A stretch of DNA of 64,000 bases from an uncultured Actinomycetes bacterium (GTDB lineage: Bacteria; Actinomycetota; Thermoleophilia; Gaiellales; Gaiellaceae). The stretch is taken from NCBI GenBank assembly GCA_963711545.1, contig CAVQEP010000014.1, positions 246,598-310,597 of the forward strand, read 5' to 3'. The notes below the pieces were generated by a model that searched no databases, had not been told where the DNA came from, and saw nothing but the letters and a program-made list of their open reading frames with translations. How positions within the stretch are numbered: the first letter of the stretch is position 1; every line of letters starts with the position of its first letter. Of the stretch, positions 12,865-21,808 are shown in pieces. Position numbers and translations under genes: made by a program.

Positions 12865-12905
12865 TCGCCGACGAAGCTAACGCGACCGTCAGACGAATGG
12901 AAGCG

Positions 12906-14096
12906 TTACGCCGGCAGCGTCAGGCTCTCGAGGTCACGCGGGTAGTACGTGAGGAACTCGATCCCGTCGCTGGTCACTGCGACGGTGTCCGAGTGGCGGA
13001 AGCCGCCGAGACCGGCAGCGTAGAGGCCGGGCTCGACGGTAAAGACCATCCCGGGCTTGATCTCCGTTTCGTCTCCGATGTCGAGGAACGGCCCCTCGTG
13101 GTAGCGGAGGCCGATGCAGTGGCCGACGTGGTGCTTCCAGGAGCCCCAGAGTCGGTGCTCGTCGTAGTACGCCCGCACGGCTCGGTCGACGTCCGCGCAC
13201 CGCGCTCCCGGCTTGATGGTTTCGAAAGCCGTGTCTTGGAGGGCCACCATGTGGTCGAACATCTCGCGCTGCTCGGGTGAGGGCTCCCCGATCACCATCG
13301 TTCGCTCGAGCTCCGAGAGGTAGCCCCAGACGGGAGCGCTCGCCCCGGTGACGAGCACGTCGCCCCGCTCGAAGGTGATGTTCGCCGTCAACGCGTGCGG
13401 AATGGCGGCGTTCCGCCCGATCTGTCCGCGGTAGCCGGCGCTCGCGCCCTCGAAGAAGGGACTCTGGGCTCGGTAGATCGGCCCGATCGCGTCGAGCATC
13501 GCAAGGGTTGCCTCGTTCGTCGCGCGCTGCGACACCTCGACCTCGGTCAAGCCGGGGCGCGTGTACCGCTGCAACAGCGTGTGCGCCAGGTTTCCCCACT
13601 TCGCGCTCTCGCGGATCAGCGCGATCTCGGCCGGGCTCTTGACCGCAAGCTGGTCCTCGACCAGAGCGGTGATCTTCTCCGGCGTCGTCCCGGTCAGCTC
13701 CGTGAGCGACGGCCCGCGATAGCCGAGGATCCAGGGATACCCGTCGTGGTCGGACCCGAGCCCGCCGCCCTCGAGCTTCATCGCGCCCAGCAGCTTCCGA
13801 AGCGACTCCATCGGGTGGATCTCGGACGGGTACTCGGGGTAGTCGGCAACCTCGCGGACGAGTGCATTCGCCTTGGCATGCTCGCGCTCCAGTCGCGGCA
13901 CCAGCATCCCTCCCTCGCCGTCCGACGTGAGCACGAACGCCATCGGCCGTTCCGTCGGTACGAAGGCGAAGCCAACGTAGTAGAGGACGTAGGCCGGATC
14001 GAAGAGTACGGCCCCGGCGAGCCCTCGCTCAGCGAGGGCGGCCCCCAGCGCGGCAGTCCGCTGCTCGTACTCGGCTTGCTCGATCGCGAGGCTCAC
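12906..14096 (-). CDS. M24 family metallopeptidase (Xaa-Pro peptidase / creatinase-like), paralog 1
   Basis: 396 aa. Creatinase-like N-terminal domain and pita-bread C-terminal domain with HHVGHCIGLRYHEGP and FTVEPGLY. Confidence 0.9.
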   Translation of the reverse strand: MSLAIEQAEYEQRTAALGAALAERGLAGAVLFDPAYVLYYVGFAFVPTERPMAFVLTSDGEGGMLVPRLEREHAKANALVREVADYPEYPSEIHPMESLRKLLGAMKLEGGGLGSDHDGYPWILGYRGPSLTELTGTTPEKITALVEDQLAVKSPAEIALIRESAKWGNLAHTLLQRYTRPGLTEVEVSQRATNEATLAMLDAIGPIYRAQSPFFEGASAGYRGQIGRNAAIPHALTANITFERGDVLVTGASAPVWGYLSELERTMVIGEPSPEQREMFDHMVALQDTAFETIKPGARCADVDRAVRAYYDEHRLWGSWKHHVGHCIGLRYHEGPFLDIGDETEIKPGMVFTVEPGLYAAGLGGFRHSDTVAVTSDGIEFLTYYPRDLESLTLPA

Positions 14097-14935
14097 GCCG
14101 CGCGGAGCCTCTCACGCCATTCGGGGTCGAGCTCGCGCAGACGGCGAACACGCTGCCCTACCGGCGGGTGGGTGACGAACAACGCCGCGAGCCCCTCCTC
14201 CATGAAGGGGTTGATCGTGTACAGGGGCTCCGTCGCGGGGCTGCCGGCGAACGATACGAGCTCGGACGCCTGGTCGAGGCGAAGGAGGGCGTCCGCCATA
14301 GGGTGCGGGGTGTCGCACATCACCGCGGCGGCGCGATCGGCGAGAAACTCGCGCTTCGGCGAGAGCATCAGGTGGACGAAGGCCGCCGCGATCGGGCCGA
14401 TGACGAAGAGCAGGGCGCGCGAGAACCAGCCACCCGCGCGTGTGAGCTCGAGCAGCGTCGCGGCCAGGACCACGACCGATGTCTGGACGACGACGTCGCG
14501 GTGACGGACGTGCGCGAGCTCGTGGGCGAGCACGGCCTCGAGCTCGGCCGGCGTGGCGACGGAGAGGAGCCCGGAGCTGACGGCGAGAATCGAGCCACCC
14601 GGGCCGCGCCCCGCTGCGAGCGCCCGCGGCAGGCCGTCGTCGATCAGGTAGAGCCGCGGCTTCGCGACACCTGCCACCGCGGCGAGACGCTCGACGGTCG
14701 AATGAAGTCCGGGGGCCTGGCCGACCGGAAGCTCCCGCGCGCCGACGAGCCCGACGGCGGCCCGATCGGAATACCAGTAGAGCGCGCCGGCGAGGAGCAC
14801 GCCGCAGAAGACGAAGATCGAGAGGAGCTGATACCCGCCGAGCACCCAGCCCAGGGCGCCGAGCACCGCGCACGTGCCAAGCAGTAGGGCCCACGCCTTC
14901 GCAACGTTCCGAACGACGAGGAGCCGGCCGCCCAT
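14093..14935 (-). CDS. htpX: M48 family zinc protease HtpX
   Basis: 280 aa with N-terminal TM helices and the HELAHVRHRD (HExxH) motif. Its stop overlaps the downstream M24 start by 4 nt. Confidence 0.9.
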   Translation of the reverse strand: MGGRLLVVRNVAKAWALLLGTCAVLGALGWVLGGYQLLSIFVFCGVLLAGALYWYSDRAAVGLVGARELPVGQAPGLHSTVERLAAVAGVAKPRLYLIDDGLPRALAAGRGPGGSILAVSSGLLSVATPAELEAVLAHELAHVRHRDVVVQTSVVVLAATLLELTRAGGWFSRALLFVIGPIAAAFVHLMLSPKREFLADRAAAVMCDTPHPMADALLRLDQASELVSFAGSPATEPLYTINPFMEEGLAALFVTHPPVGQRVRRLRELDPEWRERLRAA

Positions 14936-14945
14936 GCCAGAGGGA

Positions 14946-15215
14946 TTAGTTGTTGCCGTCTTCCTGCTCGAGCCCGCGCGGAGGCCAATCGTCGTCGGGT
15001 GCGTCGCAGCGGCTCGAGCAGTGCAGCGAAGCGATGTTCTGGAGCGGAACGAGGATGTGCCCGTTCAGCTCGATGTGGGCGACGTCCTCCACGTAGCAGT
15101 AGGCGGTCAGCACGCCTTCCTGGTACTCGCCTCCGAAGAGCGCCACGTCGACCTGCTCGCCCTTGTACTTGTTCGTGTAATCCTCCACCCTCCGGAGCCT
15201 AGCGCGATGCCGCAT
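14946..15215 (-). CDS. Hypothetical small protein (89 aa)
   Basis: ORF with host-like GC3-rich codon usage, lying 10 nt upstream of htpX on the same strand. No family recognised with confidence. Confidence 0.55.
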   Translation of the reverse strand: MRHRARLRRVEDYTNKYKGEQVDVALFGGEYQEGVLTAYCYVEDVAHIELNGHILVPLQNIASLHCSSRCDAPDDDWPPRGLEQEDGNN

Positions 15216-15372
15216 TTCTCCGGGGCCGTCTAGGCCGTAAAGGCCGCTAAATGCTGTGCCCGTGTGGTCTCGGTGTGGTCTCGCCCAAGCGCCCGGAGTT
15301 GCTCATCGGTCGGCGCGTCCCAGCGGTCGGCGTCCGCGGATCCTTCATTTAAACGCTTGTTAGAGTGTTTGC

Positions 15373-15738
15373 GTGCCAGGGAAGGACGGCCAATGCGAGC
15401 TTCTCTGCCTCGACCTTCCGCTCGCCAAACGCCTCCGCAACGAACGGATAGAGCTACAGGCTGCTGCCCTGGTAGCCGGTCTTGCTGGCGCGCTTGGCGA
15501 TCCGACGCGCGTGGCTGTGGCCTCGACTCTTCTACAGGCGGACGAACTGTGTGTCTGTGATCTGTCCTGGATCGTCGAGCGTCCGCAGGCGCTTGTCTCG
15601 CATCATGCCCGGGTTCTGCGTGAGCGCGGGCTCGTGCGTTCACGGCGCGAGGGGAAGATGGTCCTGTACTCCGTAACCGACCAAGGACGGGCTTTGCTCG
15701 GCTCCGTGCTCGCATTGACGAAGCCCGCGTATGTCTAG
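15373..15738 (+). CDS. ArsR/SmtB family metalloregulatory transcription factor
   Basis: 121 aa. LGDPTRVAVASTLL...ELCVCDL...SHHARVLRERGLV wHTH pattern, including the ELCVCDL metal/metalloid-binding box. The start codon is uncertain. Confidence 0.85.
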   Translation: MPGKDGQCELLCLDLPLAKRLRNERIELQAAALVAGLAGALGDPTRVAVASTLLQADELCVCDLSWIVERPQALVSHHARVLRERGLVRSRREGKMVLYSVTDQGRALLGSVLALTKPAYV

Positions 15739-16420
15739 CCACGCAGGAGGCGGTCTGATTCAGCTTGGGACTGTTCCGCCCGGTCCGGCTGCTGCGCTCG
15801 GTCTGTCAGCAGCGGAGCGGTCGCACTGGGAGCATCGGGCTCGGCTGCTTGCATGGAGCGGGATCGCGTGGCACGTCGTCGAGTTCCTGATTGCGCTCCT
15901 CGCCGGTCTCGCCGCGGGCTCGATCGCGCTCATTGGCTTCGGCGCCGACAGTCTCATCGAAGCCATCGCAGGATTCGTCGTCATCTGGCTGTTCACCGGG
16001 CGTCGGATCGGTTCGAGCCACGCCGAACGACGGGCGCAGCAGATGATCGCCGTCAGCTTCTACGTCCTCGCCGCCTACGTAAGCGTTGAGTCGATACGTA
16101 CGCTCGTCAACACCGATCACCCACAAGTGAGCTGGGTCGGGATCGGCTTGGCGGCATTCACCGCGATCACGATGCCGCTGCTCGCCCGTGCGAAGCGGCA
16201 TGTCGGAGCGAAGCTGCACTCGGCCGCGACCGTGAAGGAAGCGTCGCAGACGAGCCTGTGCGCGTATCTCTCTGTGGCCCTGCTCGTCGGGCTCGGCGCG
16301 AATGCCCTCTTCGGCTTGTGGTGGGCCGACCCACTCGCTGCGCTCGTGATCGCGGCTTTCGCCCTCAGGGAAGGCCGCGAGAGCTGGCGTGGCGAAGGCT
16401 GCGCCGACGGCTGTTGCTGA
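15731..16420 (+). CDS. Cation diffusion facilitator-like membrane transporter (TMD only)
   Basis: 229 aa and polytopic. GADSLIEAI...WAD pattern of cation-efflux family TMDs, with a Cys-rich C-terminus (GEGCADGCC). Overlaps the arsR stop by 8 nt. Confidence 0.7.
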   Translation: MSSHAGGGLIQLGTVPPGPAAALGLSAAERSHWEHRARLLAWSGIAWHVVEFLIALLAGLAAGSIALIGFGADSLIEAIAGFVVIWLFTGRRIGSSHAERRAQQMIAVSFYVLAAYVSVESIRTLVNTDHPQVSWVGIGLAAFTAITMPLLARAKRHVGAKLHSAATVKEASQTSLCAYLSVALLVGLGANALFGLWWADPLAALVIAAFALREGRESWRGEGCADGCC

Positions 16421-16546
16421 CTGACTGCGGCCTCGCTCCGCCGATGCCGCGGCGACTGGTTCGGGCGCTGTCCAGGACTATGCTCGTCTCGGTAGACGGA
16501 CACGGCGCAATGGACCAACCGGGGCGTTTTGACCGCCTGGAGGTAG

Positions 16547-18160
16547 ATGAAAGTTCTTGAAGGATTGTCCGGGGGCATCGAGGCCGGGAGCACCTTGTCG
16601 GTGGCTGATCTGGAGCTTCCGGTGAATGGCACGAACGGTGTGCTCCTGGTCTTCTGGAAATCGACCTGACAAGGCTGTCGGCAGGAGTCTCCTGCCGTCG
16701 TCAGGCTCCATGAGCGGTTCGCTGGGGACGGGCTCGAGGTCGTTTACATCGGTGCGATCGAGACCGAGGACTCATGTCGCGCCTGGAAGGAGGAGTTCGG
16801 TCTCGAGTTCCCGGTGATCCCGGACCGCGAAGGGGAGCTGTTCCGCGCGCTCACCAACGGGTGGGTTCCTTGGAGCGTTCTCGTGGGACCTGACCGCAGG
16901 GTCGTGTTCTCAGAGAACGAGTTCGACGAGTCGGGCTTCTCGATCGCCATCCAGCAGATGTATCAGCGTCCCACCGTGGGGAAGGCGAGCTCCCGCCGCA
17001 CCACTGGATCTGCCGGCTGCACAGTGGTGCTAGGCGGTGGAACCGGTGGGTTGGTTGCCGCGAACGAGGTTCGGCGCCGGCTCCCATCCGAGCATCGGGT
17101 CGTGCTCGTCGACCGCGCCGCGGCGCACGTGTACCAGCCGTCGCTGCTGTGGCAGATGGTGGGCGAGCGTCGCCTGAGCCAGTTCACGCGGCCGCTTGCA
17201 GGGCTACAGAAGAAGGGGATCGAGTTCCGCAACACGGAAGTCCAGATACTCGACCTCGACAACCGGGTCGTCGTTACCCCGTCCGGAGATCTCGACTACG
17301 ACTCGCTGGTCGTCTCGTTGGGCGCCCAACTTGTGCCCGAGACGGTCGAGGGCTTCGACGAGATGGCCCTTAACCTTTATAGCCCCGCCGGGTGCGACCA
17401 GATCCACAACGCCCTTCGGGGCTTCACAGACGGCGTCGTCGGAATCCTCATCCCGGAGCTGCCGTTCAAGTGCCCCGCCGCGCCATACGAGGCCGCTTTC
17501 CTCGCTGAATCGTTTCTACGCAAGAAGGGGATCCGCCGGAACGTCGAGATCCACCTGTTCACGCCCGAGCACACGCCGATGCCCGTTGCACCCGCGACTC
17601 TTGGTGGCTCGATCGCAGACATGCTCGCCGCGCGCGGTATCCATTACCACCCACTGTTCACCTTCGAGAAGCTTCGGCCCGAGACGCGGGAGGTCGTCGC
17701 CTCAGACGGCCGTACGCAGCAGGTCGACCTGCTGATCGGCGTCCCACCCCACCACGCCCCTGAGGTCGTGCGGTCGTCACCGCTCCTCGGGGTTTCGGGC
17801 TTCGTACACGTTGACTCGCTGACCCTTCAGACCGATTTCGAGGACGTCTACGCGATCGGTGACGTGGCGACCATCAAGCTCTCCAACGGTAAGGCTCTCC
17901 CAAAGGCGGGTGTCTTCGCCCACGCCGAGGCCAAAGTCGTAGCGCGTCGGATTGCCGATGCGGCCGAGCGCAAGACGTCCGGGGCCGTGTTCGACGGTCA
18001 CGGCTACTGCTGGATCGAACTGGGCGACGGTCGGGCTGGATTCGCTGGGGGCAACTTCTACGCCGAGCCCGATGCCCGGGTCAAGATGAGACGACCTCGG
18101 CGCACGCTCCACTGGGGCAAGGTGGCATTCGAGAAGTGGTGGCTGCACCACTGGTTCTAA
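16547..18160 (+). CDS. Thioredoxin-fold (redoxin/TlpA-like) domain fused to a sulfide:quinone-oxidoreductase-like FAD flavoprotein. It has an in-frame TGA (16667-16669) at the first Cys of CxxC, so it is a candidate selenoprotein, or alternatively a pseudogene.
   Basis: ATG at 16547 is preceded by GGAGG and by an in-frame TAG. Forty codons later comes VLLVFWKST-TGA-QGC. The frame stays open with no further stop into the track ORF 16814..18160, through EEFGLEFPVIPDREGELF...WSVLVGPDRRVVF (the remainder of the thioredoxin fold). Then come GGGTGG (FAD), FKCPAAPYE and GYCWIELG (SQR-type redox Cys). The 16814-18160 portion is certainly coding. The read-through interpretation is inference. Confidence 0.6.
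16679..16697 (+). promoter_or_regulatory. Candidate bacterial SECIS hairpin
   Basis: cggcagga-gtc-tcctgccg is an 8-bp perfect stem. The loop G (16687) is 20 nt downstream of the U of the TGA. A possible 3-bp lower extension pairs ctg (16675-77) with cag (16702-04). Confidence 0.45.
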
Positions 18161-18190
18161 GACTGGTCAGTTTGCGCCGTTGAGGCGCTG

Positions 18191-20827
18191 GTGCGAGCCT
18201 TCTCCCAAGTGGAGCAGACGTTCCTGGAGCGCGACCGCGAGACGGAGGCACTGGGCCGCTGGCTCGATGATGTCGGACGCTCCGGTGCAGGCCACTTCGT
18301 CCTTGTCGCAGGGGAAGCGGGTATCGGCAAGACGACGCTAGTGCGTCACTTTTGCGAGAGCCGCAGTCGCTCGCGCCTGTTCTGGGGCCTTTGTGATCCG
18401 CTGGCGACGCCTGCTCCTCTGGGGCCGATCGTCGAGGTCGCCGCGCAGCTGGACGGCGCGGCTGCCGAAGTCGTAGCGGGGGTGGCGCGGCCGTACGAGG
18501 TCGGCCGAGCAATGCTCGAGGATCTGGCCGGCCAGAGGTCGGCGATCGTGGTGCTCGAAGACCTCCACTGGGCCGACGACAGCACGATCGATGTCCTGGT
18601 CTATCTCGCGCGTCGCATCGACCGCGCTCCAGTGCTTCTGATCGGCACGTACCGAAACGACACGGTCGATGAGTCGCACCGGCTTCGGCTGGCGCTCGGT
18701 CTGCTCGCGACGGCGCCGCGAGTCGAGCGTCTCTCCCTGCGGCCGCTCTCGCTCGAAGCGGTTCGCAGTCTTTCGGGCGCGGCAGGGCGGGATGGAGATG
18801 TCGTGTTCGCAACCACCCGCGGCAATCCGTTCTTCGTTAGCGAGCTACTCGCCTCGCCTTCTGGCGAGCTCCCGGCGACCGTGCGCGAGGCCGTGCTCGG
18901 CCGCGTGTGGCGGCTGGACGAGGATGCGCGGGCTCTGCTCGATCTCGTGTCGGTGGTGCCGCCTCAGGCCGAGCTCTGGCTGGTCGATGCGATTCCGGGC
19001 GCAGCGAGTGGTGCGGTTGAGCGGTGCCTGATCGCCGGGCTCCTCGAGCGCGACGGGCAAGCGGTGTCATTTCGCCACGAATTGGCAAGGCTCGCGGTCG
19101 AGCAGGCGCTGAGCCCTGAGCGGGCGGCGAGGCTCAACGAGCAGGTGATGCGCGCGCTCGAGGCTGCCGGAGCTGAGCACGCTCGGCTCGTCCACCACGC
19201 CGAAGCTGCCGGCGACGCACCTGCGCTGCTCCGGCATGCGACCGCTGCCGGCAAACGCTCGGCGGAACTCGGGGCCCACCGCGAGGCTGCAGAGCAGTAC
19301 GGTCGCGCGCTCTCGGTCGCGGCGTCCTTGCCCGATGTGGAGCGCGCGGACCTGCTGTCCCGCTACTCCTTCGAGCGCTACCTGACTGACCGACTCGATG
19401 AGGCGATCCTTGCGCAGCGACAGGCCGTCGAGCTCTTCGGCGCTGCGGGCGACCGCGAACACGAGGGCGACGGATTGCGCCGTCTCTCGCGCTACCTCTG
19501 GTTCGGCGGCCACAACGAAGAGGCTGAGACAACAGCACACGAGGCGGTGACGGTGCTGGAGCAGCTTCCGGAGGGCGCAGCGCTTGCCCGTGCGTACAGC
19601 AACGTCTCGCAGTTGCGGATGCTGGCATACGACAGCGGCGCGGCGATCGACTGGGGCACACGCGCGCTTCGTCTCGCAGAGCGCTGCCAGGCGGACGACA
19701 TCGGCATCCACGCGCTCGCAAACATCGGCTCCGCCGAAGTGCTCATCGGACGCGAGGCGTCCGGTCGCGCGAAGCTCGAAGCCAGCCTCGCACGAGCCCG
19801 CGCCCTCGGGCTCGACGACGACGCTGGCCGTGCCTATGCCAACCTGGCCACGCTGGCGGTCGAGCGGCGCCAGTTTGCGCTCGCCGATCGCTACCTCGCG
19901 GAAGGGATTGCGTATTGCGACGAGCACGACCTCCTTTCATACGGCCTCTACCTCCGCGCTTGGCGGGCGCGCCTCGCGCTCGACAGCGGCCGCTGGAGCG
20001 CGGCCGCGAAGCTCGCCGCGGAAGTCCTGGCGCACCCACAGGCGTCAGCGCCGACGCGAATCGTCGTCTCTGTCGTCGGCGGGCTCGTCGCGGTTCGCGT
20101 GGGCGAGGCAGAGCGCGGGGAGGCAATGCTGGACGAGGGGCTGGCGACAGCTGCGCCGACAGGCGAGCTACAACGGCTGGCTCCAGTCGGCGCCGCGCGG
20201 GCGGAAGCAGCCTGGCTTCGCGGAGACTCAGCGGGCGTGGACGAGGCAACCGCCGCCGTCGCCGCTCTTGCAGCTCAGCGGGGTCAGCGCTGGCTGCTCG
20301 GCGACCTCGCTGTGTGGCGGCAGCGCTCCGGGCTGACGACGTCGGCCGCCCATGTGTCGCCACCGGCCGAAGCCGAGCTAGCTGGTGATTTTGTGAGGGC
20401 GTCTACGTTGTGGGGCGATCTTGGCTGCCCGTACGAGGCGGCGCTTGCATTAGCAGGGGCCGAGGAAGAGCCAGCACTACGGCGGGCGCTCGGAGAGCTG
20501 CAGCGGCTCGGCGCGACGTCTGCGGCTCGGATAGTCACGAGGCGGCTGCGAGCACGAGGCGTGCACGACGTCCCGCGCGGCCCCTACCGAGCGGCGCGGC
20601 AGAACCCGGCAGGACTCACTGCACGCGAGCTCGACGTGCTCGCACTGCTCGCACAACGGCTGAGCAACGCCGAGATCGCCGGCCGGCTCGTCCTTTCGCC
20701 GCGCACGGTCGATCACCACGTCTCACGGATCCTGGCGAAGCTAGACGTCCACACACGCACGGAGGCCGTCGATGCAGCGCGTGAATTAGGCGTCGTGAAA
20801 GACCAGGTGTCTCAGCGCGAAAAATAG
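18191..20827 (+). CDS. Large ATP-binding LuxR-family regulator (LAL/MalT-like: AAA/NACHT-type ATPase + TPR-like + LuxR HTH)
   Basis: 878 aa. Walker A GEAGIGKTTL. C-terminal LTARELDVLALLAQRLSNAEIAGRLVLSPRTVDHHVSRILAKL. Confidence 0.9.
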   Translation: MRAFSQVEQTFLERDRETEALGRWLDDVGRSGAGHFVLVAGEAGIGKTTLVRHFCESRSRSRLFWGLCDPLATPAPLGPIVEVAAQLDGAAAEVVAGVARPYEVGRAMLEDLAGQRSAIVVLEDLHWADDSTIDVLVYLARRIDRAPVLLIGTYRNDTVDESHRLRLALGLLATAPRVERLSLRPLSLEAVRSLSGAAGRDGDVVFATTRGNPFFVSELLASPSGELPATVREAVLGRVWRLDEDARALLDLVSVVPPQAELWLVDAIPGAASGAVERCLIAGLLERDGQAVSFRHELARLAVEQALSPERAARLNEQVMRALEAAGAEHARLVHHAEAAGDAPALLRHATAAGKRSAELGAHREAAEQYGRALSVAASLPDVERADLLSRYSFERYLTDRLDEAILAQRQAVELFGAAGDREHEGDGLRRLSRYLWFGGHNEEAETTAHEAVTVLEQLPEGAALARAYSNVSQLRMLAYDSGAAIDWGTRALRLAERCQADDIGIHALANIGSAEVLIGREASGRAKLEASLARARALGLDDDAGRAYANLATLAVERRQFALADRYLAEGIAYCDEHDLLSYGLYLRAWRARLALDSGRWSAAAKLAAEVLAHPQASAPTRIVVSVVGGLVAVRVGEAERGEAMLDEGLATAAPTGELQRLAPVGAARAEAAWLRGDSAGVDEATAAVAALAAQRGQRWLLGDLAVWRQRSGLTTSAAHVSPPAEAELAGDFVRASTLWGDLGCPYEAALALAGAEEEPALRRALGELQRLGATSAARIVTRRLRARGVHDVPRGPYRAARQNPAGLTARELDVLALLAQRLSNAEIAGRLVLSPRTVDHHVSRILAKLDVHTRTEAVDAARELGVVKDQVSQREK

Positions 20828-20900
20828 GCGGTCCCTGCCGATTCAGCCGTGACACAGCCGCGCGACCATCAGGGCGTCCCGACTCAAGAAGGAGGCTCCG

Positions 20901-21275
20901 ATGGACGGAAACGGAAACGGCAAAGTGGTCGTCAACCTCGCGACTGGGCTCGAGGATCCCGAGCGGGTGACCGTGGCGTTCCTCGTCGCCGGCGCAGCCG
21001 CCACACAAGGCAAGGACGTCACCATCTTCCTGACCAAGGAGGCAGTGCGCCTCGCACTCCCGGGTGTCACCGAAGGCACCGCCTGCGACGGCTGCCCGCC
21101 TCTTCCGACGCTGGCGGCGCAATTCGCGGAGGCCGGCGGGAGACTGCTCGTCTGTCCGATCTGCCTCGGTGCGCGCAAGCTCAGCGAGGACGGCCTCATC
21201 GATAACGCGCAGCTCGGCGGTGCGACGCCGCTCTGGCAGTGGATTGGCGATGGCGCGACGGTCTTCAGCTACTGA
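20901..21275 (+). CDS. DsrE/DsrF-like sulfur-relay family protein
   Basis: 124 aa. KVVVNLATG...VTIFLTKEAV...LLVCPICLGAR...GGATPLWQWI pattern. AAGGAGG RBS lies 6 nt upstream of the ATG. Confidence 0.8.
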   Translation: MDGNGNGKVVVNLATGLEDPERVTVAFLVAGAAATQGKDVTIFLTKEAVRLALPGVTEGTACDGCPPLPTLAAQFAEAGGRLLVCPICLGARKLSEDGLIDNAQLGGATPLWQWIGDGATVFSY

Positions 21276-21285
21276 TCTGGGAGCG

Positions 21286-21600
21286 ATGTTCGTCGGGGCG
21301 CTCACCGAGCGGGACTTTGGCCGGCTCGCCGGCACGCTCGCGCCAGACGTACGCATGCGTGCGCTGATCCCGCCCGGCCTCAATGAGCTCTCAGGGGCTG
21401 GGGCCGCAGCCGCCAGGTTCGCCTCCTGGTTCGGCGAATTAAACGGGCTCGAGCTCGTTCGCTCGGACAGCGACGAGATCGGCGATCGACTGCATGTCTT
21501 CTACCGACTCCGAGTGAGGAGGCCCGGAGATGCCTGGAAGGTCGTCGAACAGCACCTATTCTGCGCCCTCGACGAAGGCCGCATCTCCGCCCTCGATTAG
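21286..21600 (+). CDS. Hypothetical protein (104 aa)
   Basis: ATG at 21286 with GGGAG upstream, 10 nt after the DsrE-like stop. The track ORF from 21064 overlaps the DsrE-like gene in another frame and is rejected upstream of 21286. Confidence 0.55.
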   Translation: MFVGALTERDFGRLAGTLAPDVRMRALIPPGLNELSGAGAAAARFASWFGELNGLELVRSDSDEIGDRLHVFYRLRVRRPGDAWKVVEQHLFCALDEGRISALD

Positions 21601-21808
21601 TCTGCTCGGGCTTCCGTCCGGACGCGGCTGGAGCACGTTTCGCTCAGGTGATCCCACCGCCCGGACACGCCGCGACGGCCGCCGGACACTCGCAGCTGAC
21701 TAGCTCATCCCTCCTGTTCAGTTGGGATTAGCGGGTTCCACTGGGCTCCGCTCGCCAGCCTCCCGGCATGTTCGAGCCGCAAAAACGCGACGCGGCGAAA
21801 TGACCCCG

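Noticed and set aside
14946-15215. Calling the 89-aa ORF an Sm-like/Hfq-like RNA-binding protein
   Set aside because: The pattern (VDVALFGGEYQEGVLTAYCYVEDVAHIELNG..LVPLQNIASL) only loosely resembles an Sm1/Sm2 layout. I cannot support this without a profile search, so it is left as hypothetical.
16667-16813. Reading the TGA at 16667 as an ordinary stop, giving a 40-aa peptide followed by an SQR gene starting at GTG 16814
   Set aside because: This is not fully excluded. I consider it less likely because the GTG start would cut a thioredoxin fold in half. The 147 nt between TGA and GTG stay open in frame and encode the conserved continuation of the fold. The TGA coincides exactly with the redox Cys position. 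A pseudogene (Cys-to-stop mutation) remains the main alternative to selenocysteine.
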